A stretch of 64,000 nucleotides of DNA from Longimicrobiales bacterium (GCA_965202805.1 OZ241869.1:3936001-4000000), one strand, 5' to 3'; shown: positions 26,382 through 36,238, numbered from the stretch's first letter. Notes: generated from the letters alone by a model not told the origin. Translations and numbers: made by a program.

Positions 26382-29312
26382 ATGAAGAACGGCGGCCGCG
26401 AGGAGCTGAAGCGCCTGAACGAGCGGGTGTCGGCCGCCCGCCGGGAAGCGGAGGCTCGGGGGGAGAGCTTCTACCCGGGGCCCAGCCGCGTACACCTGGC
26501 CTCGTTTCCGCCGAGAGAGCGCTGGGACGACTGGGTGGAACTCGACTCGCGCGCCTGGCCTCGGCGGGTCGAGAAGCGGTACATGCTGGTGCCGACCACC
26601 TGCTTCAACTGCGAGTCCGCCTGCGGGCTGCTGGCCTACGTGGACCGCGACACGCTCGAGGTGCGCAAGTTCGAGGGCAATCCCGAGCACCCGGGGTCGC
26701 GCGGCCGCAACTGCGCGAAAGGGCCGGCGACCGCCAACCAGATCACCGACCCGGACCGGATCTTGTACCCGCTGAAGCGCGCTGGCGAGCGGGGTTCCGG
26801 CCAGTGGACCCGGGTCGGCTGGGACGAGGCCCTGGACGACATCGCCGGACGCATTCGCCGGGCGCTCGAGGAGGGCCGGCAGAAGGAGATCATGTACCAT
26901 GTGGGCCGCCCGGGAGAGGACGGCTTCACCGAGCGCATGCTGGCGGCGTGGGGCGTGGACGGGCACAACTCGCACACCAACATCTGCTCGTCGGGGGCGA
27001 GGGCCGGCTACCACCTCTGGATGGGGATGGACCGTCCCAGCCCAGACCACTCCCACGCGCGCGTCATCCTCCTGGTGTCGAGCCACCTGGAGACGGGGCA
27101 CTACTTCAACCCGCACGCCCAGCGCATCATCGACGCCAAGGCCGGCGGGGCGAAGCTCGTCGTCCTCGACACCCGCCTCTCCAATACCGCAACGCACGCC
27201 GACCACTGGCTGTCCCCCTACCCGGGCTCGGAGGCCGCCATCTTCCTGTCCATCGCGCGCTGGCTGGTCGCGAACCGGCTCCACAACCGCGACTTCGTGC
27301 GCCGCTGGTGGAACTGGCGGGAGTTCATGGCCGAGGCGCACCCCGATCTTCCGCCCGACTTCGAGCGCTTCGAGGAACAGCTCGAGGAGATGTACGCCGA
27401 GTACACGTTCGACTACGCGGCGCGCGAGTCCGGGGTGGACGCGGGCGCGATCGAGGCGGTGGCACGCCTCGTGGCCGGGGCCGGGACCCGGCTCTCGACC
27501 CACAACTGGCGTAGCGCGGCGGCGGGCAACCTCGGCGGCTGGCAGGTGGCCCGCACCCTCTTCCTGCTCAACGCGCTGACGGGATCGGTCGCGACCGAGG
27601 GGGGCACCCATCCCAATTCGTGGAACAAGTTCGTGCCGCGCCCCATCCATCTGCCGCGCCATCCCGATCACTGGAACGAGCTCACCTGGCCCGCCGAGTA
27701 TCCGCTTGCGCTGATGGAGATGTCCTTCCTCCTGCCGCATCTCCAGAAGAGGAGCGGCGACTTCCTGGAGGTCTACTTCACGCGCGTGTACAACCCGGTC
27801 TGGACCAACCCGGACGGGTTCTCCTGGATCGAGATGCTGACCGATCCGGAGCGGGTCGGCCTGCACGTCGCCCTGACGCCGACCTGGAACGAGACCGCCC
27901 ACTTCGCCGACTACGTGCTCCCGATGGGACTCGGCTCCGAGCGCCACGACGTGCACTCCTATGAGCAGTACGCGGGCCAGTGGGTGGGCTTCCGGCAGCC
28001 CGTGCTGCGCGCCGCGCGCGAGCGCCTGGGCGAGAGCGTCTCCGACACCCGCGAGGCCAACCCCGGCGAGGTGTGGGAGGAGAACGAGTTCTGGATCGAT
28101 CTCACCTGGCGCATCGATCCCGACGGCGACCTCGGCATCCGCTCGTTCTTCGAATCGCGCGCGCGCCCGGGGACGAAGCTCGGCATCGACGAGTACTACG
28201 GATGGATGTTCGAGAACTCCGTTCCGGGACTTCCCGAAGCCGCCGCCCGGGAGGGCATCACGCCCCTCGAGTACATGCGCCGGTACGGGGCCTTCGAGGT
28301 CGCGTCCAAAACGGGCGCGCTGCACGAGGACGCGGTTCCCGACGCGGAGCTCGACGACGTCCGGGTCGACGCGGACGGGCGCGCCTTCACCCGCGGCCCC
28401 GGGCCCGATTCCTCCAACGTGGTCCCGCTCCCCGTGCTCGACGGCGACGCGGACGGGCGCAGGCGGGCCGGGGTGGAAGTGGACGGCCGCATCGTCAGAG
28501 GCTTTCCCACGCCTTCGGGACGGCTGGAGTTCTGGTCGCGCACCCTCGCGGAGTGGGGCTGGCCCGAGCTGGCCACCCCCGGATACACGCGCAGTCACAT
28601 CCACAGGGAGAACCTGGACGACGGCCAGATGGTGCTCATCTCGACCTTCCGGGTTCCGATCCAGATCCACACCCGCAGCGCCAACGCGAAGTGGCTCGAC
28701 GAGATCGCCCATACCAACCCGCTCTGGATCCACCCGGACGATGCGCGGGGGATCGGCGTCGGCACCGGCGACCTGGTGCGGGTGGAAACCGAGATCGGTC
28801 ATTTCGTGGTGCGTGCCTGGGTGACCGAGGGGATTCGCCCCGGGGTGGTCGCGTGCAGCCACCACATGGGCCGCTGGAAGGTCACCGACCACGGCCAGAA
28901 CCAGGCGATGGCCACCGTGGACCTGGAGCACGACGAGGACGGCTGGTCGCTCAGGCGCCGCAAGGGGGGTGGTCCGTACGAGTCGGCGGACGCCGACACC
29001 AGCCGCATCTGGTGGACCGACGTGGGCGTGCATCAGAACCTGACCTTCCCCGTCCATCCGGACCCGATTTCCGGATCGCACTGCTGGCACCAGGCGGTGC
29101 GCGTGAGCGGGGCCCGCCCCGGGGACGCCTACGGCGACATCGCCGTCGACGCCGGCCTCTCCAGCCGGGTCTTCCGCACGTGGCTCGGCTACACGCGCCC
29201 GGCGGGGCGCGTCTCTCCCGACGGTACCCGGCGCCCCTACTGGATGCTCAGGCCGGTGCGCCCCTCGCGCGAAGCGTACCAGCTGCCCGCGGACGATCCC
29301 GCGCGAGGTTAG
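26382..29312 (+). CDS. Molybdopterin (Mo/W-bisPGD) oxidoreductase catalytic subunit, DMSO reductase superfamily, no Tat signal
   Basis: CFNCESAC...NCAKG 4Fe-4S motif, PDRILYPLKR, TNICSS (candidate Cys ligand), ADYVLP, WIHPDDA...GDLVRVET C-terminal domain. Confidence 0.92.
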   Translation: MKNGGREELKRLNERVSAARREAEARGESFYPGPSRVHLASFPPRERWDDWVELDSRAWPRRVEKRYMLVPTTCFNCESACGLLAYVDRDTLEVRKFEGNPEHPGSRGRNCAKGPATANQITDPDRILYPLKRAGERGSGQWTRVGWDEALDDIAGRIRRALEEGRQKEIMYHVGRPGEDGFTERMLAAWGVDGHNSHTNICSSGARAGYHLWMGMDRPSPDHSHARVILLVSSHLETGHYFNPHAQRIIDAKAGGAKLVVLDTRLSNTATHADHWLSPYPGSEAAIFLSIARWLVANRLHNRDFVRRWWNWREFMAEAHPDLPPDFERFEEQLEEMYAEYTFDYAARESGVDAGAIEAVARLVAGAGTRLSTHNWRSAAAGNLGGWQVARTLFLLNALTGSVATEGGTHPNSWNKFVPRPIHLPRHPDHWNELTWPAEYPLALMEMSFLLPHLQKRSGDFLEVYFTRVYNPVWTNPDGFSWIEMLTDPERVGLHVALTPTWNETAHFADYVLPMGLGSERHDVHSYEQYAGQWVGFRQPVLRAARERLGESVSDTREANPGEVWEENEFWIDLTWRIDPDGDLGIRSFFESRARPGTKLGIDEYYGWMFENSVPGLPEAAAREGITPLEYMRRYGAFEVASKTGALHEDAVPDAELDDVRVDADGRAFTRGPGPDSSNVVPLPVLDGDADGRRRAGVEVDGRIVRGFPTPSGRLEFWSRTLAEWGWPELATPGYTRSHIHRENLDDGQMVLISTFRVPIQIHTRSANAKWLDEIAHTNPLWIHPDDARGIGVGTGDLVRVETEIGHFVVRAWVTEGIRPGVVACSHHMGRWKVTDHGQNQAMATVDLEHDEDGWSLRRRKGGGPYESADADTSRIWWTDVGVHQNLTFPVHPDPISGSHCWHQAVRVSGARPGDAYGDIAVDAGLSSRVFRTWLGYTRPAGRVSPDGTRRPYWMLRPVRPSREAYQLPADDPARG

Positions 29313-29318
29313 CAGCCC

Positions 29319-30245
29319 GTGGAGCTCATCCGCGCGCTGGCGACGCTGGCCGAGCCTCCGCACCCCGCGCACGCTCCCATCGCCCGCGCCCTCGCGCTGC
29401 CGGATCTCCCGCGGCCCGCCGACCACACCGAGCTCTTCCTCTTCCAGCTGTACCCGTTCGCCTCGTTCCACGTGGGCGCGGACGGGATGCTGGGTGGCGA
29501 GGCCGCCGACCGGGTGGCGGGCTTCTGGCGCGCGCTGGGCAGGGAGGCTCCCGACGAGCCGGATCACCTGACGGCGTTGCTGGGCCTGTACGCGGGGCTT
29601 GCGGACGCCGAAGCGCGCGAATCGGCCGGAGCGGGCCGGATTCTGCGCCGGGAGAGCCGCAAGGCCCTCCTCTGGGAACATCTGCTCTCCTGGCTTCCGC
29701 CCTGGCTGCACGCCGTATCCGAAATCGCTCCCCTCTTCTATCGGCGCTGGTCCCAACTCCTGCGCGCCGCCCTTTTCTCGGAGGCCGCGAAACTCGGGGC
29801 GCCGGACCGGCTGCCGCTGCACCTGCGCGAGGCGCCGCTCCTCGAAGACCCGCGCACCAGCGGGGGAGACGCCTTTCTGCGTCAGCTGACCGCGCCCGTG
29901 CGCACCGGCATGCTTCTCACGCGTGCGGACCTGGCGCGTTGCGCCGACGACCTGGGGCTCGGGCGGCGGGCGGGGGAACGCCGCTTCATCCTGAAGGCGC
30001 TGCTCTCCTCGAGTCCCGAGGCCGCCCTCGACTGGCTCGCCCGGGAGGCCGCGCGCTGGCGAGGAGTGCACGAGCGCTACCGGGCGGAGGCCGAAGTCGT
30101 TTCCCGCTTCTGGAAGTCCAGGGCGGACGCCGCCCACCGCCTTCTGGCCGAGCTGGCGCGTGATGCCCGGGAGGGCGACCGGGCCGCCCCGTCCCCGCCC
30201 GGCGGGGAGCCGCCCGCCCGCCCGGCGGCGGCAGGCTCCAGTTGA
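29319..30245 (+). CDS. TorD/DmsD family molybdoenzyme chaperone
   Basis: YPFASFH, EPDHL, EHLLSWLP motifs. Confidence 0.85.
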   Translation: MELIRALATLAEPPHPAHAPIARALALPDLPRPADHTELFLFQLYPFASFHVGADGMLGGEAADRVAGFWRALGREAPDEPDHLTALLGLYAGLADAEARESAGAGRILRRESRKALLWEHLLSWLPPWLHAVSEIAPLFYRRWSQLLRAALFSEAAKLGAPDRLPLHLREAPLLEDPRTSGGDAFLRQLTAPVRTGMLLTRADLARCADDLGLGRRAGERRFILKALLSSSPEAALDWLAREAARWRGVHERYRAEAEVVSRFWKSRADAAHRLLAELARDAREGDRAAPSPPGGEPPARPAAAGSS

Positions 30246-31828
30246 GCCGCCCGCCGCAACCGAAGCCCCGGGCACACCCGGGGCAGAGAGCCGGGGAGCC
30301 GCCCGCCGAGGTCGTGCGGCGCGACCTGATCGCGGGGATCAGCGTCGCGCTCATCCTGATCCCCCAGTCGATGGCGTACGCGGAGCTGGCCGGGCTGCCC
30401 GCCCACTACGGACTCTACGCCGCCGCCCTCCCACCCATCGGCGCCGCGCTCTTCGCCTCCTCCCCGTACCTGCATACCGGTCCGGTCGCCCTGAGCGCGC
30501 TGCTCACCTTCGGCGCCCTCATCCCCATGGCCGAGCGCGGCAGCGTCGAGTACGTGGGGCTCGCCGTGCTGCTGGCCCTGGTGGTGGGGGCGGCGCGGCT
30601 CCTCATCGGCCTGCTGCGCGCGGGCGGCGTCGCCTACCTCATGTCCCAGCCGGTCATCCAGGGCTTCACCTCGGCGGCGGCGCTCCTCATCGTCCTCTCC
30701 CAGGTGCCGACCGCCCTCGGCGTGAGCGCGCCGGGGGAGGGGGTGGTGGGCCAGGCGCTCTGGGCGGTGACCCATCCCGGCCTGTGGGAGCCCGCGAGCA
30801 TCGGCTTCCTGGCGATGGCCGTGGTCATCATCATGGGCGCGCGCAGGATCAACCCCAGCCTTCCGGGCGTGCTCTTCGCGACCGCGCTGGCTCTGATCAT
30901 CTCGTCGACCACCCAGTACGGGGGCTCCGTGCTGGGGGAGATCCCCGTACGCGGCATTCCCGGCGCGCCGGAGCTTCCCTGGCTGCAACTGCCGTCCCTG
31001 CTCATCCCGGGGCTGGTGATCGCGGTGGTGGGCTTCGCCGAGACGACATCCATCAGCCAGACGTTTGCGGCGCAGGATCGCACGCCCTGGGATCCGAACC
31101 GGGAATTCGTCAGCCAGGGGGTCGCCAACGTCATCTCCGGACTCTCCGGCGGATTCCCCGTCGAGGGCTCCTTCAGCCGCTCCAGCCTCAACCGCTCGGC
31201 CGGCGCGCGCACGCGCTGGAGCGGGGCGGCGAGCGGGGTGGCGGTGCTGCTCTTCCTGCCGTTCGCCTCGGTGCTGGCGCCGCTTCCGCGGGCGGTGCTG
31301 GCCGCCATCGTCATCACCGCGGTGGCGACCCTGGTTCGGGTGGGAGACCTGGTTCGCATCTGGAGGTTCTCACGCCTGCAGGCGATGGTCGGATGGGCCA
31401 CCTTCGTCCTGACCCTCCTTCTGGTTCCCCGGATCGAGGAAGCCGTGCTGGTGGGCGTGGTGCTATCGCTCGCGGTCCATCTCTGGCGCGAACGAAAGAT
31501 GAGGCTGTCCCTGTGGAATGCGGACGGCGCGCTGCACCTGGCGCCCCGGGGCGTGCTCTGGTTCGGATCGGCTCCCGTTCTGGAGAAGGCGGTCGCCCGT
31601 GCGTTCGTGGAGGTGGGGGACCTGCGTGAACTCGTCTTCCACCTGAACGGAGTGGGCCGCCTGGACTTTACCGGCGCCCTCCTCATCGAGCGCATCATCC
31701 AGCAGGCGCGCGACGCAGGCGTCGAGACACGCTTCGACGGGATCCCGCCGCACGCGGAGAAGCTCATGCGCCGCGTCTTTGCCTGGACGCCCCCGCAGTC
31801 CGGGCCGCTGACGCTCGCGGACGACTGA
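30242..31828 (+). CDS. SulP family anion transporter with STAS domain
   Basis: DLIAGISVALILIPQSMAYAELAGLP..YGLY, DPNREF..QG.AN, GSFSRS, LWFGSA..LDFTG STAS. Confidence 0.93.
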   Translation: MSRPPQPKPRAHPGQRAGEPPAEVVRRDLIAGISVALILIPQSMAYAELAGLPAHYGLYAAALPPIGAALFASSPYLHTGPVALSALLTFGALIPMAERGSVEYVGLAVLLALVVGAARLLIGLLRAGGVAYLMSQPVIQGFTSAAALLIVLSQVPTALGVSAPGEGVVGQALWAVTHPGLWEPASIGFLAMAVVIIMGARRINPSLPGVLFATALALIISSTTQYGGSVLGEIPVRGIPGAPELPWLQLPSLLIPGLVIAVVGFAETTSISQTFAAQDRTPWDPNREFVSQGVANVISGLSGGFPVEGSFSRSSLNRSAGARTRWSGAASGVAVLLFLPFASVLAPLPRAVLAAIVITAVATLVRVGDLVRIWRFSRLQAMVGWATFVLTLLLVPRIEEAVLVGVVLSLAVHLWRERKMRLSLWNADGALHLAPRGVLWFGSAPVLEKAVARAFVEVGDLRELVFHLNGVGRLDFTGALLIERIIQQARDAGVETRFDGIPPHAEKLMRRVFAWTPPQSGPLTLADD

Positions 31829-32034
31829 CGGACGGCGGATGCGCCGATCCTCCGCCTGCCCTCCGGATGGATTCCCGCGCGGCAAAACTTCCTCGCCGCC
31901 TCGCGCGTAGGGGCGCCATTGCGGACGGGGACCGGACGAATGCGCGGGCTGCGCGTGCCGGGCACCCGCCCATCCCTTGGGCAGTTGCCGGTCGCTTCGG
32001 CAGCCGACGGCATGGAACACCACGGAGGACATCG

Positions 32035-33126
32035 ATGACTGGAACAGCGATGCGCGCGAGGAGAACGGGGCTCATGTTGGCCGCAGGGGCGGTGCTGGCG
32101 GCCGTGGTCGCCCTGTCGGCGATGGAGGGCACGCCGGTGCAGGCGCCGTCCCAGGAATACCGGATTGCAGGCAGCCATGTCGCTGTGTACAACCTGGCCG
32201 GCGCCGTGAACGTCGTCCCGGGAACCGGGAGCGAGGTCGTCGTGAGCATCGAGCCGCGGGGTGCGGACGCCGAGCAACTGAGCGTCGAATCCGGGGAGAT
32301 TCGAGGCGCGCAGACACTGCGCGTGCGATATCCCTCCGACCGCATCGTGTACGGGGACATGGGCGGCAACTCCCGGACCGGAGTCTGGGTCCGGAGCGAC
32401 GGGACGTTCGGCCACGGCTCGTTCCTGCGCGCAGAGAGGGTGGACATCCGCAGTTCGGGAAGCGGGCTCGAGGCCTGGGCCGATCTGACCATCGCGGTGC
32501 CCCCGGGCCAGCGCTTCTCGCTGTACCTGGGAGCGGGCGCCACGGATGTGCGCGATGTCGAGGGAGACCTGGTGCTCGATACCCAGTCGGGATCGGTCGA
32601 GTCCGCGGGCACCTCCGGGCCGCTGAGCATTGACACCGGGTCGGGATCGGTGCGGGTCGCGGGCGCGGCCGGGGATCTGGATGTCGATACCGGATCCGGA
32701 AGTGTCACTGTGGAGGGAGTGGCTGGTAATCGCGTGCTGGTCGACACCGGCTCCGGCAGGGTGCAGGTCTCGGACATCCGGTCGGAATCGGTGGAGGTGG
32801 ACACCGGCTCGGGTCGCATTACCTTGCTGGCCGTGGACGCGCCGGACATCATGGTCGACACCGGCAGCGGCAGCGTCGAGGTGGATCTGGTAGCCGATGT
32901 CGAGCGGCTGGAGGTGGACACCGGCTCGGGTGGCGTGACACTGCGCGTCCCGGGCGACCTCGGCGCGCGGTTCGAGGCGGACACGGGCAGTGGGGCGATC
33001 GACGTGGAGGTTCCCATTGATGAGAGCACGCGGCGGCGCTCCCATGTGCGCGGCACCATCGGTGACGGCCGGGGCAGCATCCTGGTCGACACCGGTTCGG
33101 GATCCATCCGCGTTCTGGGTCGCTGA
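32035..33126 (+). CDS. DUF4097 family beta-strand repeat (adhesin-like) exported protein
   Basis: GGAGG RBS; signal peptide; nine DT(G/Q)SG repeats. Confidence 0.85.
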   Translation: MTGTAMRARRTGLMLAAGAVLAAVVALSAMEGTPVQAPSQEYRIAGSHVAVYNLAGAVNVVPGTGSEVVVSIEPRGADAEQLSVESGEIRGAQTLRVRYPSDRIVYGDMGGNSRTGVWVRSDGTFGHGSFLRAERVDIRSSGSGLEAWADLTIAVPPGQRFSLYLGAGATDVRDVEGDLVLDTQSGSVESAGTSGPLSIDTGSGSVRVAGAAGDLDVDTGSGSVTVEGVAGNRVLVDTGSGRVQVSDIRSESVEVDTGSGRITLLAVDAPDIMVDTGSGSVEVDLVADVERLEVDTGSGGVTLRVPGDLGARFEADTGSGAIDVEVPIDESTRRRSHVRGTIGDGRGSILVDTGSGSIRVLGR

Positions 33127-33137
33127 CACGGAAGTGC

Positions 33138-33175
33138 CATCCCCGGCCCGGAAGGTCGCCGGGCCGGGGATGTTT
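33138..33175 (+). terminator. Intrinsic terminator-like hairpin
   Basis: CATCCCCGGCCCGG-aaggtcg-CCGGGCCGGGGATG followed by TTT. Confidence 0.65.
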
Positions 33176-33208
33176 GCGTCCGCGGTCCGTCGGGGTCGCT
33201 GACGTCGG

Positions 33209-33631
33209 GTGTTTCGCTTCCAGCACCCGGTCCAGGTCCGATTCCAGGACATCGACGTGGGCGGCCATGCCCATCACTCCAGGGCGCTCTCCTACTTCGA
33301 GGAGGCGCGTGCCGCCTACTGGCAGGAAGTTGCCGGGCGCCGGACGCCGGAGGATGTGGACTACATCCTTGCCGAGGCCCGCATCCGATATCACGCGCGC
33401 GTGCTGTACCCCGACCGCCTCACCGTGAGCGCTCGCGTTTCCGTTCTCGGCAAGAAGCACTTCGTCATGGAGTACGAGGTGCGGTCGGGCGAGGGACGGC
33501 TGCTGGTGTCGGGAAGCACCGTACAGGTGATGTACGACTATGGCGCCGGCGCGAGTCAGCGGATTCCGCCCGACCTCGCGGAACGCATCCGCGCCCATGA
33601 GGGCCCGCTCCCCGCGCGGCGGGGATCCTGA
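33209..33631 (+). CDS. Acyl-CoA thioesterase (4HBT/YbgC hot-dog family)
   Basis: VRFQDIDVGGHAHH..YFEEAR motif. Confidence 0.88.
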   Translation: MFRFQHPVQVRFQDIDVGGHAHHSRALSYFEEARAAYWQEVAGRRTPEDVDYILAEARIRYHARVLYPDRLTVSARVSVLGKKHFVMEYEVRSGEGRLLVSGSTVQVMYDYGAGASQRIPPDLAERIRAHEGPLPARRGS

Positions 33632-33746
33632 CGCGCCCGCCCGGGTTACAGGAAAAACCGGACGCCGCGCCTGTGGCGCTCCATGGCCAACCCGGTTCGC
33701 TCTTGACGCATTGCGTGTCACCGCCCCCATTGTATTCCGGGGTCGG

Positions 33747-33774
33747 TTGACCGTTTCCCGCGCGTGGGTATAGT
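33747..33774 (+). promoter_or_regulatory. Putative sigma70 promoter of the TPR gene
   Basis: TTGACC-16 nt-TATAGT about 40 nt upstream of ATG 33815. Confidence 0.45.
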
Positions 33775-33814
33775 TTGCATAGCTTTCCCGGTAACCTTGG
33801 CGGAGTTAGGAGCG

Positions 33815-35551
33815 ATGTTCTTCAGGTTGGCATTCCCCCGGCTGGGAGTCGCGTTGCTTGTGGCGTTCCTGTTCCTGCCGGCGCTCGCGTCGGCGCAACA
33901 GGAGGTGCAGGGACGCTTCAGGGTCATGATCCCCGACCTCTTCCCGGGGGAGGACACCGGCCGGGGTTTCGGAGAGGACGTGGCCGAAGAGCTTCGCGAC
34001 CTCATCAACCAGCTCCCCACCCACGAGCCGGTCGAGCGCAATGACATCCGCGACGCCATGCGGCAGTTCGACATCGATCGCGACGACCTGAACTGCATCC
34101 GCTCGCGCCAGCTCGCGACCCAGATCAACGCCGAGCTGGTCATGTGCGCGAACTACACCGAGGGACGGGACGATTGGACTCTCACCGACATTGCATTCGT
34201 CAGCGTCGCGTCGGGGGAGACGTTCACGGTAGACGATTTCACCGTTCCGGATGATGACGGCGACGAGCTCGCCGCGCAGCACATCTTCGGCGTTTTCGAT
34301 GGATACATCGAGCAGTTGCGCTATGCGGCCATCTGCCAGGAGTACTTCGGGAGCCAGCAGTGGGCCAACGCCCTCCAGAACTGCGATCGGGCGATCGAGG
34401 GCAACCCCGGTTCCGAAGGCTCGCGCTACGCCCGCGCTCGGGCGGTGATGGAGCTGGGTGATCGCCAGGAGGGTCTGGACGAGATGGTGCGGGTGCTCGA
34501 CCTCAACCCGTTCCACGAGAACGCCCTCCAATTCGCCGGGATGCTCTCCGCCGAATTCGGCATGGACGAGGAGTCCCTCCAGTACTACTCCGCCTATCTC
34601 GAACTCAACCCGGGGAACGCGGCCGTTCGCATGAATGTGGCGTACGAGCTTGCGACCGCCGGGAATCCAAGGGGCGCGATGACCCTCATCGAAGCCGGAA
34701 TCGAGATGGACGACACCAATATCGACCTGTGGCAGCAACTCGGAGGCTTTGCCTTCACCGCTGCCGGCCAGGCGATGGAGGGCCAGAGCGAGCCGACGCC
34801 GGAAGTCGAGCAGCTGTACCGGAGAGCCATCGAAGCGTATACGCGCGTTTTCGACGCTCGTGGCGCGGAGACCACTCCCGCCCAACTGGGCAACGTCATC
34901 AACGCCTACGTGCAGCTCGGCGACCCGGCCGCCATCGACTTCGCGCAGCGCGCGGTGCAGGTGCATCCCGGGGAGGCCGCGCTCTGGTCGCGGCTGGCCG
35001 AAGCCCTACGGCGCAACGATCGCCTCGAGGAGGCGATTGCGGCGCTCGAGAGCGCGAAGCAGGCCGACCCCGACTTCCCGAACCTGTCGGCGCGGCAGGG
35101 CAGCTGGCTCCTGGAGGCCGATGAGGTCGACGAGGCCGTGGGGTTCCTCAGGGAGGCCGTGGAGCGCGGCGAACAGCCCGCCGACATGATGGCGAACCTG
35201 CTCTTCGGCAAGGCCTACAACGATGGCGTTCAGACCACCAACTGGACCTACGCCATCTCGCTTCTGGAGAGGACAAAAGACGAGTTCGAAGTCTCGGACA
35301 ACATGAGTTCACAGCTCAACTTCTGGCACGGTTGGTCGCTCTATAACCACGGCCTCGCGCTCCAGGAGCCCAGCACGATCGACTCCGCGCGCCAGTCGCT
35401 CCCGATCTTCCAGCAGGCGCTCCGGCTCTTTGAGCTCGGTCGCGCATACGCCGCTACCGTCGAGTCGATCAACCTGGCCCAGATCCTGTCCGCGACCCAG
35501 ACCTACGTCGAGATCCAGGACGCCATCATCCGGCGCGGGGGAGGGGAGTAG
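33815..35551 (+). CDS. Exported tetratricopeptide repeat protein
   Basis: AGGAG RBS; signal peptide ending ASA; repeated helical units (LDLNP, LELNPGN, VHPGEA, ADPDF). Confidence 0.8.
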   Translation: MFFRLAFPRLGVALLVAFLFLPALASAQQEVQGRFRVMIPDLFPGEDTGRGFGEDVAEELRDLINQLPTHEPVERNDIRDAMRQFDIDRDDLNCIRSRQLATQINAELVMCANYTEGRDDWTLTDIAFVSVASGETFTVDDFTVPDDDGDELAAQHIFGVFDGYIEQLRYAAICQEYFGSQQWANALQNCDRAIEGNPGSEGSRYARARAVMELGDRQEGLDEMVRVLDLNPFHENALQFAGMLSAEFGMDEESLQYYSAYLELNPGNAAVRMNVAYELATAGNPRGAMTLIEAGIEMDDTNIDLWQQLGGFAFTAAGQAMEGQSEPTPEVEQLYRRAIEAYTRVFDARGAETTPAQLGNVINAYVQLGDPAAIDFAQRAVQVHPGEAALWSRLAEALRRNDRLEEAIAALESAKQADPDFPNLSARQGSWLLEADEVDEAVGFLREAVERGEQPADMMANLLFGKAYNDGVQTTNWTYAISLLERTKDEFEVSDNMSSQLNFWHGWSLYNHGLALQEPSTIDSARQSLPIFQQALRLFELGRAYAATVESINLAQILSATQTYVEIQDAIIRRGGGE

Positions 35552-35576
35552 CGCCAGTCCTCCCCGCTCGTCAGCC

Positions 35577-35611
35577 AAAGCGCCGCGGATTCGTCCGCGG
35601 CGCTTTTTTTT
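35577..35611 (+). terminator. Intrinsic terminator
   Basis: AAAGCGCCGCGGA-TTCG-TCCGCGGCGCTTT followed by a T run. Confidence 0.9.
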
Positions 35612-35736
35612 GCCCTGAATTCAGGGCGAGATCTCCCTGCGCGCGGGACGGATCGCTCCTGATGAGCTTCGAAGCGCCCTCCACAGCCGCTTCCGCCGCT
35701 GTCCGAATTCGTCCGCATCCTGCCCTTGCGCGTTCC

Positions 35737-35801
35737 CCACCGCCCTCGATAGGTTTCCCAACAATCTCCACAATACCCCCCGTTTACCCACAGATTACCA
35801 C
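35737..35801 (+). promoter_or_regulatory. Putative MraZ-binding direct repeats (dcw boxes)
   Basis: CCAC-like cores at 35737, 35758, 35768, 35778, 35788 and 35798 (10-bp period) immediately upstream of mraZ. Confidence 0.65.
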
Positions 35802-35803
35802 CG

Positions 35804-36238
35804 ATGAGCGGCTTTCTGGGGCGCTACGAGAAACGTCTCGACGACAAGGGTCGTCTGAGCCTGCCGGTGCCATTCAGGCGCGCGGCGGCGGACGGACCCC
35901 TCGTGCTGCTCCAGTACGAGGCTGCCGCGTTGAGCCTCTTGCCCGAGGCTGCGTGGACGAAGATTGAGGAGCGCCTCAAGGACTATCGAAAGTCGGATCA
36001 TCCCGGCGCGGAGGAGTACGTGCGCGACCTGACTTCGAACTCGACCTGGGTCACGCCTGACAAGCTGGGCCGTATTCGGATTCCACGATGGCTGCAGAAG
36101 GCGGTTTCTCTGAATGACGATGTGCTCGTGGTGGGCTATCTGGACCGGATCGAGGTCTGGAACCCCGAACTCTTCGAAGCGCATGTCGCGAAGACGGTGG
36201 CCGACGCGTCCGCGTTCAAGCGCAAGATCTTCGGATGA
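35804..36238 (+). CDS. mraZ: Transcriptional regulator MraZ
   Basis: FLGRYEKRLDDKGRLSLP, DKLGRIRIP, DRIEVW. Confidence 0.95.
   Translation: MSGFLGRYEKRLDDKGRLSLPVPFRRAAADGPLVLLQYEAAALSLLPEAAWTKIEERLKDYRKSDHPGAEEYVRDLTSNSTWVTPDKLGRIRIPRWLQKAVSLNDDVLVVGYLDRIEVWNPELFEAHVAKTVADASAFKRKIFG

Noticed and set aside
26382..29312. Selenocysteine formate dehydrogenase or Tat-exported reductase
   Set aside because: No in-frame TGA, no RxCH/RxUH formate dehydrogenase motif, and no RRxFLK-type leader.
24339..30275. 1978-aa minus-strand ORF
   Set aside because: Antisense shadow of HU and the molybdoenzyme genes; no motifs; long stop-free antisense frames are expected at this GC content.
32575..33110. Regularly spaced GACACCGGxTCxGG repeats resembling a CRISPR array
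   Set aside because: In-frame coding DTGSG repeats of DUF4097; degenerate at third codon positions; no cas genes.
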